Positions 9,479 to 18,924 of a stretch of 64,000 bases of DNA are shown here, one piece after another. The notes beneath the pieces are model-generated. The model searched no databases. It had not been told where the DNA came from and worked only from the letters and a program-made list of their open reading frames with translations. A program made the translations under genes and the position numbers. How positions within the stretch are numbered: position 1 is the first letter of the stretch; the number at the start of each line of letters is the position of its first letter. The stretch is from Candidatus Pacearchaeota archaeon (lineage in GTDB: Archaea > Nanobdellota > Nanobdellia > Pacearchaeales > GW2011-AR1), in assembly GCA_050124795.1 (NCBI GenBank), contig JASFEO010000001.1, positions 1 to 64,000 on the forward strand, in the 5' to 3' direction.

Positions 9479-12400
9479 TTATTTATTAACCCTGTCAACA
9501 ACTTTCCCTTTAGCTGTTTTTTTGTCTTTTTCTTTTTTTACCAAAGGACCAATTACTTCAACTAAAAGTCCGGGCAAACCAGTTCCAATTGGCACAGGCT
9601 GATTTAAAATTATATTCTCAATCACACTAACTAACTTTTCACGATTCCCTTTTATCGACGCATTAACAAACTGCTTGTCAGGAATTTCAAAAGTTGCCCT
9701 CGCTAAAATTGATTCTTTCTGCGCGATAATTCCCATCCTTGTAACACCCTTAACACTTCCTGAATTTGTCATGGCGTCGGCAACAAGTTTCAAATGCCTT
9801 TGATTAATGTCAAGCCCCTGATTATTTATAACTGCATAAATTTCATTAATTATTAATTGCCTTGCAGCCTCAATTCCGAAAACTCCCGCAACTTCATGCA
9901 AATCATTTGAAAGAATCCTGTTCCCGTCAACTTCCCGTCGCTCAAGCATTTTTTTCAAATTTGTTCCAAGAGTCATAATCACATAATCTTTTTCCTTCTT
10001 CACAATTAAAATCTGCTCAATTCCTTTAACACCTGAAATAATTGTCTCCTTCAATTTCTCCTTCAATTTGTAAATGTCCCTGAATGTCGCATCCTTCACA
10101 CTAAGCATTATTGAATTCCCTTTATCCTTTGATTTATAGCCAAGGTCACTCAACTTATCAGCAACTTTCTTTGAAGTCATATGAACCTGCTTTAACGAAC
10201 CACTGTCAAGATTAATTTCTATTTTCTTGTCACTAAAATCCAAATTCACGCTTGTTGCAATTTCCTTTAATTTAACTTCTTTAATCTTTTCAGCAAAAAC
10301 CCTCGCATCTTTTTCATTATTAAATTCCTTGTTCAGATAAATTTCCATTTTTGGTGAAGAAGGTTTTTTCCTTGCATCGCAAATTTCAATCATCCTCGGA
10401 AGACCCATTGTAACCTGCATCTCTGCAACACCTGCCATATGAAAAGTTCTCATAACCATCTGAGTTGAAGGCTCTCCAAAACTCTGCGCAGTAATAATTC
10501 CAATTGCTTCTCCTGAATCAAGTTTTCCATCCATGTGCTCTTTTGCAACATCTATACCATCGTCCCCATAAATAAATTGAATAATATTATTATTGCTGTC
10601 TCTTATTGTTCCGTCATATTCTGCCCTTAAATCCTGAAGTGCATTTGATAATCTTCTATATAAATAACCTGACTTTGGGGTTCTTAATGCAGTATCCATT
10701 AGTGAATCACGTCCTGTAACTGCTCCAAAGAAAAATTCATCTGGTCTTAAACCCTTGATAAAAGGACTGTTAATAAATCCCCTCGCCCGAGGAGACAAAT
10801 CTCCTTTTGTAAAAAATGGCAAAGTTCTTCCGGTATAACCAAAATCAATTCTTCGTCCTGAAAGTTGCTGTTGACCAACACATGAAGCCATCTGAGTAAT
10901 ATTCAAAATATTTCCTCCCCCGCCTGACTTAATCATGTTGCTAACCGGATTAGTTTCTGGAAATTCTTTCTTAACAATATTACCAATTTTTGTTCTGACT
11001 TCATTTAACACCTGCAAAATTTTAATCTCCCTTGACTCTTCTCTGGTCTTGCCCGGGATTATTTCAAGAGTCTTTTCATTATATGAATCAATTAATTTCT
11101 GCGTTTCAACTTCAGCCTTTTTTATAATCTCTTTTCCTGCATCAATTAATTTTTGATCCAAATCCAAATCATTAACTGCAATAGTAATTCCCCTGTTTGA
11201 CAGATAAGCAGTTCCAAGATTAAACGCACTCCTGATAATGTCAAAAGTTTCCTCTCTGCCAACAGCCCTGTCAAGTTCCTTAATCACTTCACCATCCTCT
11301 TCACTAAATGCAGTCTTATCAATAACACCCTTTACAATTTCTCCGTTCTTTATCTCAATTGAATCATTCTTAAAATCTATCTTCGGCAAAATCTTTGAAA
11401 ATAACTCTGTTCCCTTGATGGTCTTCTTTGTAACTTTGGAATCAATTCCTGATTTATATAAAATCTGATTTGCGAAATCTTTTTGAATCTCATCAAGCCC
11501 CAATAAATAATTTCCAGTAACTGCATCAACAATACACCCAATTAAATTAGTATTATTCTTCGGGGAAATTAAATTCTTTTTTACATCAAGAAGAATCTTT
11601 GCCTCAGCCCTTGCTTCTTCAGTTTGAGGAGAGTGAATATTCATTTCATCACCATCGAAATCTGCATTATATGGAAAAGCTGCCGCAGGATGCACCCTAA
11701 AAGTTCGGCCAGGCAAAATCTTTGCAAAATGCGCCATTAAACTTCCTCTGTGTAGACTCGGATGACGATTAAATAAAAGAATGTCTCCGTCCTGTAAGTG
11801 CCTCTCAACCTTATAGCCAGGAACAATTTCATTTATTATTTCTTCTTTTAACTCAGGGGAAATTTTCTTTCTCTTGCCATCAGGCCTGATTACATAATTC
11901 GCACCAGGATACTCCGCCCCCTTTTCAATTAATTCTTTTAACTTGTCAATATTCAAATCAGTAACTGTTTCTGAAACTGTAACAACTTTTGCAATTTCAT
12001 AAGGAATCCCAACTTCATTAATTTCCATCGCCGGGTCAGGCGAAATAACTGTTCTTCCTGAAAAATTCACTCTTTTACCTGCAAGGTTCTTTCTTATCCT
12101 TCCTTCCTTCCCCTTGATTCTTTCAGTAATTGTCTTTAATGGCTGACCGCTTCTGTGTCTTGCCGGCGGAATCCTTGCAACGGAATTATCAAAAAATGTT
12201 GTAACATGAAACTGCAATAAATCCCACAAGTCCTCAATAATCACTTCAGGTGCACCTGCATTTAAATTTTCCCAAAGCCTTTGATTTGCTCTTATAATAT
12301 CTGACAATTTATGAGTTAAGTCATCTTCACTTCTCTCACCTGATTCCAAAATTATCGACGGTCTGACAGTTACAGGAGGAACTAAAAGCATTGTAAGAAT

Positions 12401-12976
12401 CGCCCACTCAGGCCTGGACGTTTCAGTATTCACCCCGATTTTATTTAACTCTTCATCAGGAATCTTAACTAATATCTCTCTTATTTCATTAGGAAAAATC
12501 CTTGTCTTCCCCCGATAAAAACTTGTTGGCTTATCTAACCTGATTTTTTCCTGGGGGGAATTGCAGTGAGGACATTTCTTTGAATCCTTTGCTTTTTTTG
12601 CTCTATTGCCCGGAGAATATTTTCCCAGATCTGCATCTTTAAGCATGAGTTTCCCGCACTCTTTACAAAAGCATCTTAAACTTAATTCAATTAATGGGAT
12701 ATATTTTAAATGCATAATGGGTCTTGCCATGTCAATACTTCCGGGATGCCCAAGACATTCTTTCAATCTTCCCCCGCAGGTTCGGCATCTGACACCAGGG
12801 TCAATCGCACCAAGTCTTAAATCCATCAATCCCCCGTCAACAGGATAACCGTCGATATCATAAAGTTCCGGGGTCACAATTTTCGCAGAAGACAATTTTT
12901 TAATTTTCTCAGGACTAAGTAATGAAAACTTTATGCTTCCGATTTTTTTTCTGATTATTTTTTGCATTTTATTCAT
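9479..12976 (-). CDS. rpoA: DNA-directed RNA polymerase subunit A, A'+A'' fused
   Basis: NADFDGDEMN active site, followed in the same chain by the A'' motifs GEAIGIITAQSFGEPSTQM and LARATFE. Confidence 0.97.
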   Translation of the reverse strand: MNKMQKIIRKKIGSIKFSLLSPEKIKKLSSAKIVTPELYDIDGYPVDGGLMDLRLGAIDPGVRCRTCGGRLKECLGHPGSIDMARPIMHLKYIPLIELSLRCFCKECGKLMLKDADLGKYSPGNRAKKAKDSKKCPHCNSPQEKIRLDKPTSFYRGKTRIFPNEIREILVKIPDEELNKIGVNTETSRPEWAILTMLLVPPVTVRPSIILESGERSEDDLTHKLSDIIRANQRLWENLNAGAPEVIIEDLWDLLQFHVTTFFDNSVARIPPARHRSGQPLKTITERIKGKEGRIRKNLAGKRVNFSGRTVISPDPAMEINEVGIPYEIAKVVTVSETVTDLNIDKLKELIEKGAEYPGANYVIRPDGKRKKISPELKEEIINEIVPGYKVERHLQDGDILLFNRHPSLHRGSLMAHFAKILPGRTFRVHPAAAFPYNADFDGDEMNIHSPQTEEARAEAKILLDVKKNLISPKNNTNLIGCIVDAVTGNYLLGLDEIQKDFANQILYKSGIDSKVTKKTIKGTELFSKILPKIDFKNDSIEIKNGEIVKGVIDKTAFSEEDGEVIKELDRAVGREETFDIIRSAFNLGTAYLSNRGITIAVNDLDLDQKLIDAGKEIIKKAEVETQKLIDSYNEKTLEIIPGKTREESREIKILQVLNEVRTKIGNIVKKEFPETNPVSNMIKSGGGGNILNITQMASCVGQQQLSGRRIDFGYTGRTLPFFTKGDLSPRARGFINSPFIKGLRPDEFFFGAVTGRDSLMDTALRTPKSGYLYRRLSNALQDLRAEYDGTIRDSNNNIIQFIYGDDGIDVAKEHMDGKLDSGEAIGIITAQSFGEPSTQMVMRTFHMAGVAEMQVTMGLPRMIEICDARKKPSSPKMEIYLNKEFNNEKDARVFAEKIKEVKLKEIATSVNLDFSDKKIEINLDSGSLKQVHMTSKKVADKLSDLGYKSKDKGNSIMLSVKDATFRDIYKLKEKLKETIISGVKGIEQILIVKKEKDYVIMTLGTNLKKMLERREVDGNRILSNDLHEVAGVFGIEAARQLIINEIYAVINNQGLDINQRHLKLVADAMTNSGSVKGVTRMGIIAQKESILARATFEIPDKQFVNASIKGNREKLVSVIENIILNQPVPIGTGLPGLLVEVIGPLVKKEKDKKTAKGKVVDRVNK

Positions 12977-15900
12977 ATTTATTTTTTAATTCAAAATCTG
13001 TGTGGATGTGCAAACCCTGCAGTTCTTCCATTAAAAGTTTGAAAGCATATGAAACCTCGACATGTTCAACTTCCTCGCTTCCGCAGATTTTGCATGAAAT
13101 TTTATTTCTAATTGAGTCATCAACTGCAATATTTCCGCACTTTGTGCAAATCGGCAAAGTCACTTTATCTGAATCATATCTCTCCTTTAATAACAAACTT
13201 GCTCCATGCGCAACAAGTGCCTGCTGTTCCATTTCTCCCAACCTTAATGCACCGCCGCGAGCGCGACCTTCAATTGGCTGTCGTGTCAAAAGCGCAACCT
13301 TTCCTGACGCTCTTCCGTGAATTCTGTTTCCAACCATATACTTTAATTTAAGATAATACAAATTACCAACAAAAATCTTTGTCTCAATTCTTTTGCCTGT
13401 AACACCATTATACATTGTCTCCTTTCCGTCATACCTAAACCCAAGTTCCTTCATTTCCTTTTCTAAATTTTTCTTGCTTACACCTGAAAACGCAGTCCCG
13501 TCAATAACTTCTCCTTTAAGTGCTCCGACTTTTCCTGCTAAAAGTTCAAGCAAATATCCAACAGTCATACGGCTCGGCAGACCATGTGGATTAAATAACA
13601 CATCGGGTCTTATTCCGCGTGAAGTAAATGGAATATCCTCTTCAGGAACAACCAAACCTAAAACGCCTTTCTGACCATGTGCAGTAGCAAACTTGTCTCC
13701 AAGTTCCGGAATTCTTTGGTCCCTTGTTTTAATCTGAACAATTTTATTTCCTTGCGAATCCTCTGTAACAAAAACAGCGTCGACAATCCCTGTCTCTTCC
13801 TGTCTCAATGAAACACTTGACTCTTTCTTTGTCTTAACTGAAATTTCCCGCGCTTCACTTAAAAACTTTGGTGGCGAAGTCTTTCCAATTAAAACTTCTG
13901 CATTTCCCATTTCTGCTTCAGGATAAACAATCCCGTCATCTTCTAAAAATCTGTAACTCTCTTCAGTCTTATAACCACTTGTGTCTTTTTCAGGGACCGC
14001 AATTTCATCTTTTAATCCTCCTGCATAATTCATCTCAACTGCGTTATATGGTCTGAAATAAAAACTCCTTCCGATTCCTCTGTCGACACTTCCTTTATTG
14101 AACACAAGTGCATCCTCCATATTGTAACCTTCATGAGTCATAATAGCGACGATTAAATTCTGTCCTGCCGGATAAGTATCAAGAGTATTATAAACAAAAC
14201 TTCTGACAATTGGCTTTTGAGGGTATTGCAAAATTGAAACATCTGTATCTAACTTGCACAAGTAATTTGCAGCATACAAACCAAGTGACTGCTTTTGAGT
14301 CTTGCTTCCCCTGTTTAACCTTGAACTCTGGTCGTGATTTCCGTATGGAACTAAACTCGTAACAACCCCGAATAAGTCAATATCATCAATTTCCAAATGA
14401 GTGTGGCTTGGAGTTATCTCTTCCCTATACAATGCAACCAAAGCATTTTCTTCTTCAGAAGCGTCGAGATATTCAATAATTCCTTTCTTTAATAAGTCCT
14501 CCCAGGAAATTTCATTTTGCTCAATTTGTATTAAGTGTTCACTCTTTAACTTAGGATTTCCATCTTCAATAATTACAAGTGGTCTCAAAACCCTTCCTGG
14601 TTCTGTTGAAATATTTATAATATTAAAATTTTCATCTAATCTAACACTAAGTTGAATTGGCAAATTTGAATCCCTTCTTTTTTCTTTAATTTTCTTGACA
14701 AATTCTTTTGCTTCGTCAACACTTCCAATGAACTGACCATTGAAGAAAATATCAGTTTCCTTTAAACCTTCCTTGTCCATGCCGTTACTTTCTAAATCTT
14801 TTAGGAATTTATTTTCATCCAAGGTTACCCTTGTTGAAACCTTTGCCAAAATAGCCAAATTTTTCCTTAAACCAATTTCTGTTCCTTCAGGAGTTTCAAT
14901 CGGGCAGAACCTTCCATAATGAGTCGGATGCAAAGTCCTTGCCAAAAAGTTTTCCTGATCACTTGAAAGCATTGAAGATACTCTCTGCAATTGCGAAATC
15001 GTCGCCAAATAATTTGTCTTATCCATGTTCTGAGTAACTCCGCTTCTCTCTCCTGCCCAGCTTCCTGTTGCAATTGCTGACTTAATCCTGTGGGAAAATA
15101 AAGTTGATTTTGCAGTTGTCTTAATAGAAAAAAACTTTCTTCTCTTGGTTGATTTCTGTAATGAGTATTGAATATCTCTGATTAAAATCCCGAGGTTAAC
15201 CCTGAACAAAGTCGCAAGCAAATCTCCTGAAAGACGAACCCTCTTATTTGCATAATGATCCTTATCTGTTCTTAATTTTGGATTTTTCTTTGCAATCAAA
15301 AACTGCTTGATTAATTTGCAAAGTGTAATTGCCTTCTTTTTTCTGTCTTCTTTTCCCTGCCCGATATGGGGAAACAAATAAGAATCAACTCTCTGATTTA
15401 TCCTGTCTAAGATTTCTTTCTTTGTCCCCTGCAAATAAGTTTTCTCAGCAATATACATCATGGCGTCTTCTCGTGTTGCTAAATCTGCAAATTCATACAA
15501 GTTCACAACAACGCTGTCTGTTTCACTGCCAATATATTTTGCAATGTCTGATTCCTTTGTCATACCCAGTGCCTTCAAAACAACTATCGCAGGAATTTCC
15601 TTGAATCTTGAAAATGTAACATCAAAAATTCCTTCCTTGTTCTCAGTTATTGTCACAGGAATTCTATAAGTCCCCCGAAGAGAAAATAACCTTAAATTAA
15701 GCTGACCCTTTTTATTGTCCTCGATAAACGGTTGGTTTTCAGCTAAATCCTCTGCCATAACCATGACTCTTTCATTTCCATTAATTATAAAATATCCACC
15801 AGGGTCTTTTGGATCATTATAATTTTCAACAAGTTCTTCTTTATTCATTCCCTGAGTATTACAAACCTTGCTTTTCACCATCACAGGAATTTTTCCAATT

Positions 15901-16220
15901 TCAACAATTTCAGAATCAACAGTATCATCCTTTCTTACTGTTATTTCCATTGTAATCGGTGCAGAATAAGTCAGATTTCTAAGCCTCGCTTCATAAGGCA
16001 TAACCAATGATGAACTTCCGTCAGCCTCAACTATTTTTGGCTTGTCCACTTTTATCTTGCCAAGGGTAATTTCAAAATCCTCATTATTTATTGTCTCATT
16101 AATTTCATTCACAATTTCCTGCATTCTCTTTTCAATAAAATTATTAAACGAGGTAATATTCGACTCAACTAAAGAATGATTTTCAAGATATTTTTTAACA
16201 ATTAAATGCTTATTTTCCAT
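12969..16220 (-). CDS. rpoB: DNA-directed RNA polymerase subunit B (unsplit)
   Basis: GGYFIINGNERV, GDKFATAHGQKG, RLGEME, C-terminal Zn ribbon. Confidence 0.98.
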   Translation of the reverse strand: MENKHLIVKKYLENHSLVESNITSFNNFIEKRMQEIVNEINETINNEDFEITLGKIKVDKPKIVEADGSSSLVMPYEARLRNLTYSAPITMEITVRKDDTVDSEIVEIGKIPVMVKSKVCNTQGMNKEELVENYNDPKDPGGYFIINGNERVMVMAEDLAENQPFIEDNKKGQLNLRLFSLRGTYRIPVTITENKEGIFDVTFSRFKEIPAIVVLKALGMTKESDIAKYIGSETDSVVVNLYEFADLATREDAMMYIAEKTYLQGTKKEILDRINQRVDSYLFPHIGQGKEDRKKKAITLCKLIKQFLIAKKNPKLRTDKDHYANKRVRLSGDLLATLFRVNLGILIRDIQYSLQKSTKRRKFFSIKTTAKSTLFSHRIKSAIATGSWAGERSGVTQNMDKTNYLATISQLQRVSSMLSSDQENFLARTLHPTHYGRFCPIETPEGTEIGLRKNLAILAKVSTRVTLDENKFLKDLESNGMDKEGLKETDIFFNGQFIGSVDEAKEFVKKIKEKRRDSNLPIQLSVRLDENFNIINISTEPGRVLRPLVIIEDGNPKLKSEHLIQIEQNEISWEDLLKKGIIEYLDASEEENALVALYREEITPSHTHLEIDDIDLFGVVTSLVPYGNHDQSSRLNRGSKTQKQSLGLYAANYLCKLDTDVSILQYPQKPIVRSFVYNTLDTYPAGQNLIVAIMTHEGYNMEDALVFNKGSVDRGIGRSFYFRPYNAVEMNYAGGLKDEIAVPEKDTSGYKTEESYRFLEDDGIVYPEAEMGNAEVLIGKTSPPKFLSEAREISVKTKKESSVSLRQEETGIVDAVFVTEDSQGNKIVQIKTRDQRIPELGDKFATAHGQKGVLGLVVPEEDIPFTSRGIRPDVLFNPHGLPSRMTVGYLLELLAGKVGALKGEVIDGTAFSGVSKKNLEKEMKELGFRYDGKETMYNGVTGKRIETKIFVGNLYYLKLKYMVGNRIHGRASGKVALLTRQPIEGRARGGALRLGEMEQQALVAHGASLLLKERYDSDKVTLPICTKCGNIAVDDSIRNKISCKICGSEEVEHVEVSYAFKLLMEELQGLHIHTDFELKNKYE

Positions 16221-16462
16221 TATACAACAACCCTGAAATATGTATTTACTTTGCTTCCCTCTTTTCGCTCAATTTTGACTATGTCTCCGACAACACATTC
16301 CTCAGGAAGTCCCGGGTCGCTTGAAAAAATTTTCGGCAATTGAGTTTTAGAAATATTTAATTTTGCAAGAAGTTCTTCACATTCTTTTTCATTGAGTTTA
16401 ATATGTTTGGGCTGTAGTATGTGCATTTTATCGAGGGAAATTATCAAACTGCGCATAATCAT
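16220..16462 (-). CDS. rpoH: RNA polymerase subunit H (Rpo5); start may be the downstream MHILQPKH
   Basis: HILQPKH...LPKI...DP...GDIVKIER. Confidence 0.95.
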   Translation of the reverse strand: MIMRSLIISLDKMHILQPKHIKLNEKECEELLAKLNISKTQLPKIFSSDPGLPEECVVGDIVKIERKEGSKVNTYFRVVV

Positions 16463-16586
16463 GACTTATAAACTTTTTTAACAACTTGATAATAATAAAA
16501 GTTACTAATTTTTCGTTTAAAAACCTTTCGTGTATAGTAGAATATATATTTTGTGATATATATTTTAGAGAATATAGATTGATTTG

Positions 16587-16959
16587 TTATTTTACTTGTT
16601 TTTCAAACTCCCAAAAACCCAATTTTCCTTTTGCATGAATTGGCTTAATTCTTTTAACATTTTTTAAAATAAATCCATAATTTCCCCATGAAGTATCTGC
16701 CAGATGAAGATTTTTATCTTTTTTGTGTTCTTTTTTATTTTCATATTTTTTTTACATCAACTAATTTAGCTTTGCCTAAAATAAATCCGCACGATAAATC
16801 GCAAAATCCAAATTTTTTCATAGCGCTTTTATCTGGAATTTTTGAGGCATGAATTAAAAACTCTCCACGGAATTTTGTATTCCAATTTCTCAGTTCAATT
16901 TTCTTTTTTCCATGCAAAATTAATTCTGCAAATGGCTGCTTTAGTGATAATGCTTTCAT
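16587..16959 (-). pseudogene. ASCH-domain protein frameshifted in an A8 run (16746-16753)
   Basis: LSLKQPFAELILHGKKKIELR; removing one A restores ...YGFILKNVKRIKPIHAKGKLGFWEF. Confidence 0.8.
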
Positions 16960-16999
16960 GAATATAAAAAAGAAAAGAGGGTTTTATAAATATCGATTA

Positions 17000-17088
17000 T
17001 GCCTCCGAAGGGATTTCCTTTATCTCCTAACCTTGCACAAAGTTTCTGTGCAGGCGATACTTTTACCACAAGGTTGCTCGACCCTCGA
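17000..17088 (-). repeat. Duplicated tRNA-Lys 3' end (T-arm/acceptor) interrupted by a 64-nt structured insert (17017-17080)
   Basis: Flanks TCGAGGGT and AAATCCCTTCGG match tRNA-Lys; the insert is 43/51 identical to 59001-59051. Confidence 0.8.
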
Positions 17089-17157
17089 ATTTCAATTTTG
17101 TTGAGTTTACGTGACTTTAAATCCCGGAGAATCAAAAGGATTTTTCAAATCCTCAAA

Positions 17158-17232
17158 TGGCCCCGAAGGGATTTGAACCCTCGACACCTAGGTTAAAAGC
17201 CTAGTGCTCTGACCAAGCTGAGCTACGGAGCC
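17158..17232 (-). tRNA. tRNA-Lys(UUU)
   Basis: Cloverleaf GGCTCCG...CGGGGCC-A; anticodon loop CTTTTAA; GGTTCAAATCC. Confidence 0.96.
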
Positions 17233-17274
17233 AATAAAAAATATAGAAAGAATTGGTTTATAAAACTTATCTAA

Positions 17275-18891
17275 TTAATTTTGCAGATTCCCTCTCTCTA
17301 AAAATAATTCAATATCATCTTTTTCATTACTAATTTTTTTCTTAGGCTTTTCTTTTTTCTTTCTCTTTTTCCAACTTCCAGTATTAATTATTATATTGTT
17401 CTTTTTTGTAGGAGTAATTATTCCGTCTTCATGAAAACACTTCCCGCAATAAGTATCCACCGAATTATGATGGCACATTCTAACTCTTCCATTATTATCT
17501 TTAATCATTTTTAACCAATCAGGGTGGACAAATGGTCTTGTCCATTTGTGATCCATTTCATGGCCAACAGAACCTGCAACCTTTAATTCAGGATGATATC
17601 TCCCAATCTCTTTTTCAATATCCCAATTTAATCCACTTAATTTATTATAAGGCTCTTTAGTTTTAAATCTTAATGGAAGCAGAAGAACAGGAGATTTATT
17701 TTCAAGAAAGAAATTAATATAATTCAAATCTCTTTTTGTCGGAGAATCATTTGCAATAATATGCAAAAACGGAAAAGCATTAACTTTGGAATCTCGATAC
17801 TCAAGTATTTTTTCAACTCTGTATTCATTAGGGCATTCATTTAAAACCGCTCCTTGTTCATATTCATCGCGACCAATACTATAAGGAATAACTGAATTAG
17901 TGCTTCTGAATAATTCTACTAATTCTTTTTGAAACGGAAGAAGTTTGATTGGGATGATTCCTTTTGTTTTTGTTTTAATCATTAATTCTAAAGTTTTCTT
18001 GAAATTTTCCTGTGTCGCAACTGTCCAGGATTCAGTCCATTTCCCAAATCTTAAATATTCAACTGGAAACCCTTGAGGAATATCACTATTATGTTCAGGG
18101 CAAAACCCCCCCATTAAAAGACGTTCCAATTCATTAAAATCAATTCTATGAAGTGTTTTTGAAAAAGGTTTGTTATTATGTCGTTCTGCATAACAAGGAT
18201 ATCCGCATTGACCCCATGGAGCAAAAAACCAATTTTTGAATTCTCCTTTTTCGGTAACAGGACTTCCTTCATAAGTTGCATCTTCACCAGGAATAAAACT
18301 TGTTTGGCACCCTTTTACAAAATCAATATTTGCAGGATAGATGCATTCACTAACAAATAATTTTTTCCCAATATCAAGCAATCTTTTTGGTGTAACCCAC
18401 TTAGCCTGTGTTCTTGGAATTATTTTTTCAACCTCTTCTATTTTTTCTCCACGATAATTTTTGGCAACAGCCTCGCTGCAAAATTTCGCAACATCTGCAA
18501 TAGTTCCATAAATAATATCTTGTTTCATTTCCTGAGGCAAGTCGCTTCTTAATTGTATCTGCACATCATATATCTTCATAAGCTCATTTAATAATTTTTC
18601 ATTCTGGTATCTCCGTCTTGTTCCTCCCTTGTCAATAGTTGTGATTTTGTCAGAAACTTTTAATCTTGTTTGATGACTTATTGTTCTTTTAGAATCAGTT
18701 AAGTCCTTTGATAAAAAGACATCTCCTCCACCCTCATAGCCTCCTCGTGAATAAGAAAAATGCGCAACAGCTGAAACTCCTGGTTCAGGGCAATTATAAA
18801 TATCATGATGAAAGTTGTAAGTTGCAGAATATTCCTGTCCTTTTTGTCCGACCCATTTTCCTCCTGAAAATTTTTTCATGAAAATCAACAC
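17275..18891 (-). CDS. Hypothetical protein, possibly radical-SAM/SplB-like with an expanded Cys motif
   Basis: DFVKGC-x33-CGYPCYA; C-terminal CHH...YCGKC. Confidence 0.45.
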   Translation of the reverse strand: MLIFMKKFSGGKWVGQKGQEYSATYNFHHDIYNCPEPGVSAVAHFSYSRGGYEGGGDVFLSKDLTDSKRTISHQTRLKVSDKITTIDKGGTRRRYQNEKLLNELMKIYDVQIQLRSDLPQEMKQDIIYGTIADVAKFCSEAVAKNYRGEKIEEVEKIIPRTQAKWVTPKRLLDIGKKLFVSECIYPANIDFVKGCQTSFIPGEDATYEGSPVTEKGEFKNWFFAPWGQCGYPCYAERHNNKPFSKTLHRIDFNELERLLMGGFCPEHNSDIPQGFPVEYLRFGKWTESWTVATQENFKKTLELMIKTKTKGIIPIKLLPFQKELVELFRSTNSVIPYSIGRDEYEQGAVLNECPNEYRVEKILEYRDSKVNAFPFLHIIANDSPTKRDLNYINFFLENKSPVLLLPLRFKTKEPYNKLSGLNWDIEKEIGRYHPELKVAGSVGHEMDHKWTRPFVHPDWLKMIKDNNGRVRMCHHNSVDTYCGKCFHEDGIITPTKKNNIIINTGSWKKRKKKEKPKKKISNEKDDIELFLERGNLQN

Positions 18892-18924
18892 AAAACCCTA
18901 TTTATAAGAATTATTATCCTAAAA

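Noticed and set aside
2765-15669. Many 60-110 aa antisense or alternate-frame ORFs inside EF-2, rpoA and rpoB (and likewise in nrdJ, ftsZ, gatB and the surface genes)
   Set aside because: Shadow ORFs of well-supported genes; no motifs
16540-16580. Repeated ATATATATTTT upstream of rpoH
   Set aside because: Low-complexity AT sequence; cannot be distinguished from promoter/terminator background
17017-17080. tRNA-fragment inserts as integron attC sites, known self-cleaving ribozymes or BHB introns
   Set aside because: No proper RYYYAAC/GTTRRRY pair in all copies, no hammerhead CUGANGA core, and no clear BHB at the junctions
16999-17196. 65-aa ORF on the + strand
   Set aside because: Antisense to tRNA-Lys and its downstream element (WPRRDLNP is the typical tRNA shadow)
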